NCBI GenBank assembly: GCA_963771275.1 | Contig: CAVYSW010000003.1 | Location: forward strand, 608,001 to 672,000 | Direction of reading: 5' to 3' | From: an uncultured Gemmatimonadales bacterium | Lineage (GTDB): Bacteria > Gemmatimonadota > Gemmatimonadetes > Gemmatimonadales > GWC2-71-9 | DNA length: 64,000 bases | Shown: positions 1 to 8,009 of the stretch, one piece after another | Layout of the letters: the number at the start of each line of letters is the position of its first letter | Position numbering within the stretch: the first letter of the stretch is position 1 | The notes under the pieces: generated by a model | The model's input: only the letters and a program-made list of their open reading frames with translations | What the model was told of the DNA's origin: nothing | Database searches by the model: none | Position numbers and translations under genes: made by a program

Positions 1-960
1 CTGCTGGGCGTGGGCCGCCTGTGGGCCAAGGTGGACGGCGTCTCGTTCCCGTCGCTCTCGTTCAAGGATCGCGTCGTGGCGGTCGCGCTCAACAAGGCGC
101 TGGAGCTCGGCCTCCAGACCGTTGCCTGCCCGAGCACGGGCAACCTCGCGAACGCGGTGGCCGCGCACGCCGCGGCGGCCGGCCTCGACGCGTGGGTGTT
201 CGTCCCCGACTCGATCGAGCTGACCAAGACGCTCGGCACGGTGGTCTACCGGCCCAACATCGTGCGGGTGCACGGCACGTACGACCAGGTGAACCAGCTG
301 TGCCGCGAAGCCGCCGCCGCGTACGGCTGGGGCGTGGTGAACGTGAATCTTCGCGCGTATTACGGCGAGGGCTCCAAGACGATGGCGTTCGAGATCGCCG
401 AGCAGCTCGGCTGGCGGGCGCCGACCGCGGTGGTGACGCCGATGGCGGGCGGCTCGCTGGTGACGAAGCTGGCCAAGGGCTTCGGCGAGCTGCAACGCCT
501 CGGCTGGATCGCCGGCCCGGGGCCGCGCGTGTTCGGCGGGCAGGCGGCGGGCTGCGCCCCGATCGTCACGGCGGTGGCCAACGGCACCGAAACGATCACG
601 CCCGTCGTGCCGCAGTCGGCGATCGCGAAGTCGCTCGCCATCGGCAACCCGGTGGACGGGCCGTGGGCGGTGCGCACGATCCACGAGACCGGCGGGTGGG
701 CGGTGGCGGTGCCCGATCCCGAGATCGTCGAGGGCATCCGCATGCTGGCGGAATTCAGCGGCATCTTCACCGAGACCGCGGGTGGCGTCACGGTGGCCGC
801 CGCCCGGCACCTGGCGGCCGACGGGCGGCTCGGGCGCGACGACGAGATCGTGCTGTGCCTCACCGGGAACGGCATGAAGACGATCGAGGCCCTCGAGCAC
901 GCGTTCGAGCCCATGCCGGTGATCAACCCGACGCTCGGCGACCTGGAGCGGCTGCTATGA
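1..960 (+). CDS. thrC: Threonine synthase (5' end outside window)
   Basis: PLP-lysine motif SFKDR, ACPSTGNLA and EGSKT; overlaps homoserine kinase (ATGA). Confidence 0.9.
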   Translation: MLGVGRLWAKVDGVSFPSLSFKDRVVAVALNKALELGLQTVACPSTGNLANAVAAHAAAAGLDAWVFVPDSIELTKTLGTVVYRPNIVRVHGTYDQVNQLCREAAAAYGWGVVNVNLRAYYGEGSKTMAFEIAEQLGWRAPTAVVTPMAGGSLVTKLAKGFGELQRLGWIAGPGPRVFGGQAAGCAPIVTAVANGTETITPVVPQSAIAKSLAIGNPVDGPWAVRTIHETGGWAVAVPDPEIVEGIRMLAEFSGIFTETAGGVTVAAARHLAADGRLGRDDEIVLCLTGNGMKTIEALEHAFEPMPVINPTLGDLERLL

Positions 961-1829
961 CGCTGGCGGTCAGGGTCCCCGGCTCGACCTCCAACCTCGG
1001 GGCGGGGTTCGACTGCCTGGGCCTGGCACTCGACCTGTGGCTCGAGGCGCGGCTCGAGCCGGGCGACGCCCCGCACCGCTACGGCGGGACGCTGGCCGCC
1101 CTCGATGCGGTGGACGACCTCACGCGCCGCATGCTCGCCGATCGGGACGCCCTGGAGGGCCACCGGCTGGTGGTGCACTCGGAGATCCCGGTCGGCAAGG
1201 GCCTCGGCTCGTCGGCCGCCGCGATCGTTGCGGGGCTCGCGCTGGCGCGACTCAGGCTGGGCCATCCGTTCGACCGCGACGCGATGTTCCGCGGCGCGGC
1301 GCAGGAGGAAGGCCACCCCGACAACGCCGGCCCCGCCGTGTACGGCGGGCTCGTGCTCGCGGCCCACCGTCCCACCCAGCTCACACTGCACCGCGACCTC
1401 GCCGTGGCGCTGGCGATTCCCGCGCACGCGATCTCCACCAAGGCCGCGCGCGACTTGCTGCCACCCGCCGTGTCGCGCGACACGGCCGTCGAGCAGGCGG
1501 CGCGCAGCGCGGCGCTCGTGCTCGGGCTCACGTGGGGCGATCCCGACCTGATCGACTTCGGGATGGACGATCGGCTCGCCGTGCCGCACCGGCGCCAGCT
1601 GATCAAGGGGTACGACGCGGCGGTTGCGGCCGCGATGGATGCCGGGGCCTACGGCGTCTCGATCTCGGGGGCCGGATCGTCGCTCGTGGCGATCTGCGCC
1701 AAGGCGGACGCCGTCGCCGTGGCCGACGCGACGGCGGCCGCGCTCACGCGGGCGGGAACGCCGGCCGAGCCGCTGGCGGCGAAGGTGGCGCTGGAGGGGC
1801 TGACGATTGTCCGGGAAGGGGAGTCCTGA
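957..1829 (+). CDS. thrB: Homoserine kinase
   Basis: Starts MTLAVRVPGSTSNLGAGFD at ATG 957; GHMP motif PVGKGLGSSAA, EGHPDN and ISGAGSS. Confidence 0.93.
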   Translation: MTLAVRVPGSTSNLGAGFDCLGLALDLWLEARLEPGDAPHRYGGTLAALDAVDDLTRRMLADRDALEGHRLVVHSEIPVGKGLGSSAAAIVAGLALARLRLGHPFDRDAMFRGAAQEEGHPDNAGPAVYGGLVLAAHRPTQLTLHRDLAVALAIPAHAISTKAARDLLPPAVSRDTAVEQAARSAALVLGLTWGDPDLIDFGMDDRLAVPHRRQLIKGYDAAVAAAMDAGAYGVSISGAGSSLVAICAKADAVAVADATAAALTRAGTPAEPLAAKVALEGLTIVREGES

Positions 1830-1830
1830 C

Positions 1831-1858
1831 CTCTGCGGTCTCCGCGCTCTCTGCGGTG
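1831..1858. repeat. Nonamer-unit REP-like intergenic repeat (half copy)
   Basis: Reverse complement CACCGCAGAGAGCGCGGAGACCGCAGAG resembles the copies at 36611 and 61575. Confidence 0.6.
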
Positions 1859-1891
1859 ATCACGACCCAGGCGCGGCGCGGTGGAACGAGG

Positions 1892-2440
1892 CTAGAACGC
1901 GTCGAACGCCGGCGGCGCCATCCCGTTCAATCGGAAATAGGGCACGATGCTCCCCAGCGTCCACAGGTCGTGCGAGTGCACCATGAGGAACACGCGCCAC
2001 TTGGGAATGTCGCGCCCGAAGAAGCGGGTCGGCTGAAGCAGCGTGCTGTCCGGCAGCGTCCGCACCTCGTGGAGACAATAGTCGAACGCCGTCCGCACCA
2101 TCTGCTTGAGCGCCGCCTTGTTCGCGACCGCTTTCGTGCTGTCGCTCAACGCCGGCCCGTGGTTGTCGTCGAGCACGAACCGCGCGACGTAGGCCGCCCC
2201 GGTGGAGGCCACGTGCTCGATCTGCTGGGCGAAGTCGCGGACCTCGGGAACGGGCTTGAAGCGGAACAGCCGTGCCGGCATCGAGTCCACCATCGCGAGC
2301 GCGAGATCCCGGTCGCCCGTGAGGGTTTCCACCAACATCTGGCGCGTGCCCGCCGCCAGCCTGGTCTGCGCCCACGCGGCGCCCGGAACGAGCCCGAGGA
2401 CCACGAGGAGCACCCGCACCGCCGTCGCTCTGCCGCTCAT
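1892..2440 (-). CDS. DinB-family protein with signal peptide
   Basis: MSGRATAVRVLLVVLG...AWA-Q signal; FKPVPEVRDFAQQIEH and HSHDLW...YFRLNGMAPP DinB-like pattern. Confidence 0.8.
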   Translation of the reverse strand: MSGRATAVRVLLVVLGLVPGAAWAQTRLAAGTRQMLVETLTGDRDLALAMVDSMPARLFRFKPVPEVRDFAQQIEHVASTGAAYVARFVLDDNHGPALSDSTKAVANKAALKQMVRTAFDYCLHEVRTLPDSTLLQPTRFFGRDIPKWRVFLMVHSHDLWTLGSIVPYFRLNGMAPPAFDAF

Positions 2441-3033
2441 CGCCCGCGCGGACTCCTTCCCTTCTCGTGTTTCGCCTTCCCGCTCTTCCCCTCGCCCTTC
2501 CTGTCCCTCTGCCCCTGCGGTCCCTTCTCCTTCAGCCATCGCTGCCGCACTGCGATCTGGTGCGCGTGGTGCCGGCTGTGCACGTAGAAGAATCGGACCC
2601 ATTCGGGCAGGTTGAGGTCGCCGAGCACCGGATGGCGCACGAAGATCCGCTGGTGGCGCTCCGCGGGCCACGTTTCGAGCAGCGCTTCCAGGCGTTCCAC
2701 CCCCATGCGGAATTGCGCGGCCACCAGCTCCGGATCGGGGCGCTCGGGCGGCCGCGTCGCCTCGGGAGGCCGCCCGGGCGGCAGCTTGCCCACACCGAGG
2801 ACGAGATGCCGCAGGAGGTGCTCGCCGGGCGTCGCCCGGCGCGCCATGTCGGTTCGGCCCGCGCGCGCCTCCAATTGCCCCGCCACCAGGTCGACACCCT
2901 GCGCCAAGTGGCTCAGGGTCTGCGCCAGGCTCCAGCGTCCCTTCGGGGCGCGGTACCACTCTTCACCCGTCACGCCGTCGAGGGGGTCCAGGACGATTTC
3001 CTCGAGCCGAGCCAGCTGTCGCCGCGCTTTCAT
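2437..3033 (-). CDS. DinB_2-family protein
   Basis: GRWSLAQTLSHL, HPVLGDL and HSRHH metal-binding pattern; ATG at 3033. Confidence 0.8.
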   Translation of the reverse strand: MKARRQLARLEEIVLDPLDGVTGEEWYRAPKGRWSLAQTLSHLAQGVDLVAGQLEARAGRTDMARRATPGEHLLRHLVLGVGKLPPGRPPEATRPPERPDPELVAAQFRMGVERLEALLETWPAERHQRIFVRHPVLGDLNLPEWVRFFYVHSRHHAHQIAVRQRWLKEKGPQGQRDRKGEGKSGKAKHEKGRSPRGR

Positions 3034-3479
3034 CGGTCCGCTCCGGCGAGGGCGAGGCACTCGATCTCGACCGCAGCCCCGCGGGCGAGGCCGCTCGCCG
3101 CGATGGTCGAGCGGGCGGGCGGGTCCTTGGGGAAGTAGGAGGCGTACACCGCGTTCATCGCGGCGTAGTCGGCGATGTCCCGCAGGAACACCGTGCACTT
3201 GACGACCCGGTCGAGCGAGCTGCCGGCGTACGCAAGCACCGCCTTGATGTTCTCCATGGTTTGGCGCGTTTCCGGCTCGATTCCACCCGGCACCACCGCA
3301 CTCCCGCCCTGGGGGACTCCGATCTGCCCGGAAAGGTACAGCATGTCACCCACGCGCACCGCCGAGGAGAACGGCAGGCCCTCGAGGCTCCCCGGCATAC
3401 GGATCACCTGCAGATCCTGTCCGTGAAGCAACGGCGGTGCCATCAGCACCAGCACCGCCAACGCGATCGCCCTCGTCAT
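3030..3479 (-). CDS. RidA/YjgF-family protein with N-terminal signal peptide
   Basis: PFSSAVRVGDMLYLSGQIG, PPARS and VEIE motifs; hydrophobic leader MTRAIALAVLVL. Confidence 0.88.
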   Translation of the reverse strand: MTRAIALAVLVLMAPPLLHGQDLQVIRMPGSLEGLPFSSAVRVGDMLYLSGQIGVPQGGSAVVPGGIEPETRQTMENIKAVLAYAGSSLDRVVKCTVFLRDIADYAAMNAVYASYFPKDPPARSTIAASGLARGAAVEIECLALAGADR

Positions 3480-3669
3480 GCGTTCCTTCCTCCTCCGTTC
3501 AACGGGAGATACCGCCGAGCCGCCGATGCACGCCACACTTGCCGTGCGGTGTCGCATGGTGAATAATACCCACGTGCATGACCGATCCCCGCCTGCGTGG
3601 CGTGTCGCTCCTGCCACGCTAACGTCTGTGTGCGCTCAAGCCGTCCACGAACCCAGCCCCGCCCCCATT

Positions 3670-5186
3670 CCGTAGCCTGACGATCGCGCTGCGGCTCGTG
3701 GGCGCCCTCACGACCGTCACGGCCATGTCGCTCTCCGCCCAAGAGCGGGCGGCAACAGTCGAGGGACGCGTCACGGAGGCCGAGAGCGCGCGCCCGCTGC
3801 CCGGTGCCGTGGTCACGAGTAGTTCGCCCTGCGCTCCGTCCCGACCGGTGCCCTCGCGTCGCTGACGACCGGCGGCCCCACGGCAGGCGACCTGGCGTCG
3901 CTCGGCACCCTGATCATCCTCGACGGCGTGCCGCTCTCGAACAACGCGAACCGGCAGACCTCCGGCCCATCGGCTCGTGTTCGGCGGCAGCACGCCCGAC
4001 GAGCCGGGCACGGTCGTGCTCGACTCCCGCATCGACGCCTTCGCTCTGAACCAGAACAGTCCGGAGCGCCCCGACCTGTTCCCGGGACAGACGGACCGGA
4101 ACCATGACAAGGGGCTGCGCCTGGCGGAGCGGCTGCGGGCCCGTCTCGGACCAGCGGCTACCTCCGCGTCATCGCGTCACTCGACTATCAGCGCCAGCGC
4201 TCCGTTTGCCCAGGCGCCCCGGATTCGCGGGGCCACCCCGTTCACCGATCGCCTGACGGAAGGGACCCAGGAGGGTCACTTCGTGCTCGGTCAGTACCTC
4301 TCCGCGATCCAGCTCGACGGGGATGTGTGAAACGGGTTCGCGCAGATCGAGTACGGCACTTCCACCAGCCTCCTGGGGGGCCATCACCAGCTGCTCGGAG
4401 GTGCGGAGCTGCGCCGCGAATGGAACGCCGGCGCCGGATACATCTTCGACATCGAGTTCCCCCCCCAAGTAACGTTCAACGGTGTCCAGGGACGACCGGC
4501 CGCGGCGGTTCGACTCCATCCCGCCCGCTGCGACGACCGCGCTCTACCTGGACGACCGCCTGTCGAGTCTGCTGGGGTTCGCCCCCTTGAGCCTCCAGGC
4601 CGGGGTCCGGCTGGACCTCCTGCACCGCGGATCCACGTGGTTTTCGGCCGTGCGGGATGCGGTCCTCCAGCCGCGGCTGAACTTGGAGCTGGCCCCACGC
4701 TCGTGGCTCAGGCTCCGGGGCGGGATCGGGCGCACGGCCAAGTCGCCCACGCTGGGCCAACTCTACCCGGCGCCGCAGTACTTCGACGTCGTGAACCTCA
4801 ACTGGTTCCCGCCGAATCCCGCAGAGCAACTCGCGATCCTCACGACCTTCATCCGCGACCCCACGAACCCCGACCTGGGGTTCGCGCGGGCGTGGAAGCG
4901 GGAGGCGGGGTTCGAGCTGGGCGGCGCACGGGGCGGGCCGGCCGTGGGCGTCGTGTACTTCGATGACCGGATCAGCGGAGGCATCGGGTTCCGGCCCGAT
5001 CCCGGGTTCCTAGTGCGCGACCTGTACGATTTGGCTGATTCCACGACCGGCACGGGCGCGAAGCCACCGGTGATCACGCCGCCCACCCGGGCCGACACCG
5101 TGCCGATTTTGCTGGACGTCCCCGCCAACATCCTCACGCTCGACAACCGTGCCCCGCGTTCTTCATGGACGCCGCCGTGTTCATGA
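3670..5186 (+). pseudogene. Degraded TonB-dependent receptor
   Basis: Fragments in different frames: signal plus VEGRVTEAESARPLPGAVV, plug-like IILDGVPLSNNAN, and barrel segments (GAELRREWNAG, QPRLNL, GRTAKSPTLGQLYP). In-frame TGA at 4328, internal deletions, no C-terminal barrel strand. Confidence 0.75.
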
Positions 5187-5224
5187 GCCTGCGCCGCCGC
5201 GCTGGCACCTGGAGGCGACGCGCG

Positions 5225-5743
5225 TCATCGCCTGTCGGTATCCCTCATGGTCGGTTCGACCGGAATCACGCTCGTTACCGCGATCTTCCACCCCTGCTGC
5301 GACTTCACGAACACCCGCTCGGACCACCCGCGCCCGATCTGGTCGCCCTGCCGCGCGGCGTAGCGATACGCCGCGTACACCACCCCGGGCGCGAGCCACA
5401 CCAACTCCGGCTCGCCGGCGGCCAGGCTGTCGGGAAACTCGGGGCTCGCACGTCGTGCGGCCGCGAACGGCGCGAACCCGCGCTGCATGCCCTCCGGCCC
5501 GACGTAGGTGAAGTCCGGCGACTCCAGGTAGGTCGCGAGGTAGCCCTCGACGTCCCGCCGTTGTATCGCCGTCAGGTTCGCATCGACTGCCACCCGGACC
5601 TCCGCCAGATCGCGCTGCTTGAGCTCCTCGATCCGGCGCCCGGCACACCCGCTGAGCAGCAGCGGCAGAAGGGGCAGAAGCGGCAGCAGATGAGCCAACC
5701 ATCCATCCCTGCCCCTCTCCCCCTCTCCCCCTGTCCCCCTCAC
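5225..5743 (-). CDS. NTF2-like (DUF4440/SnoaL-like) lipoprotein
   Basis: Lipobox LSGC; ends VFVKSQQGWKIAVTS; start uncertain. Confidence 0.7.
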   Translation of the reverse strand: MRGTGGEGERGRDGWLAHLLPLLPLLPLLLSGCAGRRIEELKQRDLAEVRVAVDANLTAIQRRDVEGYLATYLESPDFTYVGPEGMQRGFAPFAAARRASPEFPDSLAAGEPELVWLAPGVVYAAYRYAARQGDQIGRGWSERVFVKSQQGWKIAVTSVIPVEPTMRDTDRR

Positions 5744-7023
5744 CGGGGCCCTCCGTCCAGCTCCTGAATCGTCGCGGTGCTCGGTCCGCGCTCCTTCTGC
5801 AGCCGGGCGGCCACCCGCTCGGCCTCGCGCATCACGCGCAGCACGTTGAGCCCGACTACCCGCTTGACGTCCCCGTCGCTCCAGCCGCGCCGCAGCAGCT
5901 CCGCCACGAGGGCCGGGTACTTGGACACGTCCTCCAGGCCCACCGGCGTCACGTCGCCCAGGCCGTCCAGGTCGCTGCCGATCCCCACGTGGTCCACGCC
6001 GGCTACGTCGCGCAGGTGCTCGATCTCATCCGCCACGACGCTCAAGGGCGGCGCCGGCATCGGGTTCACCGCCATCCACGCTCGGACCGAGTCGCGCACC
6101 GCGGCCGAGTCGCCGAGCGATGTCATGAGCCGGCGGGCCAACGAGTCGCGATGCTGGGTCCACTCGTAGGCCGGCAGGTAGATGAAGTCGGGGACGAAGT
6201 TCACCATGATCACGCCGCCGTTCTTCGTGACCGCGCGCGCGAGGTCGTCGGCCAGGTTCCGCGGATGCGGCACGAAATGGCGCGAGGAAGAGTGCGAAAA
6301 GATCACCGGCGCCTCGCTCACCCGCAGCGCGTCCCACACGGTCGAGTCGGACGTGTGCGATAGATCCACCAACATGCCCAGCCGGTTCATCTCGCGCACC
6401 ACCTCCTCGCCGAACCTGGTGAGGCCGCCGTGCCTGGAGCTGTCGGTCGAGGCGTCCGCCCAGTCGGTGCTCAGCGTGTGGGTCAGCGTCATGTAGCGCA
6501 CGCCGTCCCGGTAGAACGCCCGCAGCAGGCTCAGGGAGTTCTCGATCATGAACCCGCCTTCCAAGCCCAGCAGCGAGCCGATCTTCCCTTCCTTGTGCAG
6601 CCGGACGATGTCGTCCGCGGTGCCCGCCATCGCGAACGTCTCGGGGTAGCGCTCCACCATGCGGTGGACCACGTCACCCTGCTCCATCCCGTCGTGGAAC
6701 GGGTGCGCGCCGTCGGGCGGGGTGTAGGTGGACCAGAACTGCGCGCCGACCAGCCCGGCCTTGAGCCGCGCGATGTCGGTCTGGAACTGCGGCTGCGGCT
6801 TGGCGATATCGGCCGAGTCGAAGCTCAACCACGCGCGGGTGCGCATCTCCCACGCGAGGTCGTTGTGGCCGTCGATCAGCGGCGTCTCGCGCATGATGGC
6901 CTTGGCGCGGGCGAGGTATGGATCGTCCTGCGCGCGCGCGGCGGGGGCGACCGCGGCGAGAGCGACGGCGGCGAACATGGCGGCGACAGCCACCAGATGC
7001 GGGGCACGGCTGGGAGTGGTCAT
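5740..7023 (-). CDS. Membrane dipeptidase (peptidase M19)
   Basis: IDGHND, GAQFWS, LEGG, VDLSH and GIGSDLDG motifs; signal peptide; ATG at 7023. Confidence 0.93.
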   Translation of the reverse strand: MTTPSRAPHLVAVAAMFAAVALAAVAPAARAQDDPYLARAKAIMRETPLIDGHNDLAWEMRTRAWLSFDSADIAKPQPQFQTDIARLKAGLVGAQFWSTYTPPDGAHPFHDGMEQGDVVHRMVERYPETFAMAGTADDIVRLHKEGKIGSLLGLEGGFMIENSLSLLRAFYRDGVRYMTLTHTLSTDWADASTDSSRHGGLTRFGEEVVREMNRLGMLVDLSHTSDSTVWDALRVSEAPVIFSHSSSRHFVPHPRNLADDLARAVTKNGGVIMVNFVPDFIYLPAYEWTQHRDSLARRLMTSLGDSAAVRDSVRAWMAVNPMPAPPLSVVADEIEHLRDVAGVDHVGIGSDLDGLGDVTPVGLEDVSKYPALVAELLRRGWSDGDVKRVVGLNVLRVMREAERVAARLQKERGPSTATIQELDGGPR

Positions 7024-7229
7024 AGCTGATCCTTCGCTGGCGGATGCTCGAACCCGGCGCACTCGCGGACCGGGAGCATGGGGTACTTGGGGAACCGCCG
7101 GTCGGTTTCCGACCGGCGACACAACCAGAACCGGGAGCCGCGACCGGTGATCACGCGGCTGTGCCGGCAGCCGGCGCACAGGCCGACCGACGGCTCGCGG
7201 AAGGTGGCGTCGCGCCTCTCGCCTGGCAA
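7020..7229 (-). CDS. Small Cys-rich hypothetical protein
   Basis: GLCAGCRH...FWLCRRS..DRRFPKYPMLPVRECAGFE; stop overlaps the dipeptidase start; TTG start tentative. Confidence 0.6.
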   Translation of the reverse strand: MPGERRDATFREPSVGLCAGCRHSRVITGRGSRFWLCRRSETDRRFPKYPMLPVRECAGFEHPPAKDQL

Positions 7230-7246
7230 GGTTAGATTCGACCTCG

Positions 7247-7501
7247 ATGCCGCCGTTTCGCTGCGCCCGTTGCGGGCGCGACGAGCCCCGCCTCGCCGCG
7301 CCGCCGATGCCAGGTCCGCTGGGCGCACGCGTCCTCGAGCACGTGTGCGGCGCGTGCTGGCAGGAGTGGCAGCGGCAGCAGACCGCTCTGATCAATCACT
7401 ACGGGCTCGACCTCCGCGATCCCGAGGCACGACGGTTCCTCACCCAGCAAACCGAGGCGTTCCTGTTTGCCCCGCCCGCTCCGCGCGCCCCCGACGCCTG
7501 A
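7247..7501 (+). CDS. Fe(II)-trafficking / oxidative damage protection protein (YggX-like)
   Basis: PPMPGPLGARV...CWQEWQRQQTALINHYGLDL.DPEARRFL matches the YggX pattern. Confidence 0.82.
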   Translation: MPPFRCARCGRDEPRLAAPPMPGPLGARVLEHVCGACWQEWQRQQTALINHYGLDLRDPEARRFLTQQTEAFLFAPPAPRAPDA

Positions 7502-8009
7502 CCGGGCGCTGATCACGCTCGACCTGAACGGGGAGCGCACCCCCGTCGCCTTCGCCCCTCACAAGACCCTGCTCGAAGTGCTCCGCGAGGACCTGGGCCT
7601 CACCGGCACCAAGCACGGCTGCGAGCTGGGCGAGTGCGGCACCTGCACCGTACTGCTCGACGACCAGCCGGTGCTCTCGTGCCTCGTGCTCGCCGCCGCC
7701 TGCGACGGCCGCCGCGTGCGGACCGTCGAGGGGATGGGGGGCGCCGCGCTCCATCCGCTCCAGAGCACGTTCGCCGATCTCGGCGCGGCCCAGTGCGGCT
7801 ACTGCACGCCGGGTTTCCTGCTCGCGGCCCAGGCGCTGCTGGAGCGGAACCCCGCTCCCACGCGCGACGAGATCCGCGAGGCGCTCTCAGGCAACCTGTG
7901 CCGCTGCACCGGCTACCTCAAGATATACGAGGCGGTGGAGCTCGCGGCGGCACGGATGCGGGGGGAAGACGCGGAGCCCCGGCCGGAGACGCTCTATGGC
8001 CGCCGGTAA
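7467..8009 (+). CDS. Xanthine-oxidase-family 2Fe-2S subunit (HcrC-like)
   Basis: TKHGCELGECGTC, QCGYCTPG and NLCRCTGY; start uncertain. Confidence 0.92.
   Translation: MPRPLRAPPTPDRALITLDLNGERTPVAFAPHKTLLEVLREDLGLTGTKHGCELGECGTCTVLLDDQPVLSCLVLAAACDGRRVRTVEGMGGAALHPLQSTFADLGAAQCGYCTPGFLLAAQALLERNPAPTRDEIREALSGNLCRCTGYLKIYEAVELAAARMRGEDAEPRPETLYGRR

Noticed and set aside
4328..4330. In-frame TGA in the TonB receptor as a second selenocysteine
   Set aside because: Not a redox site, no convincing hairpin, and the gene has many other lesions; most likely Trp to stop.
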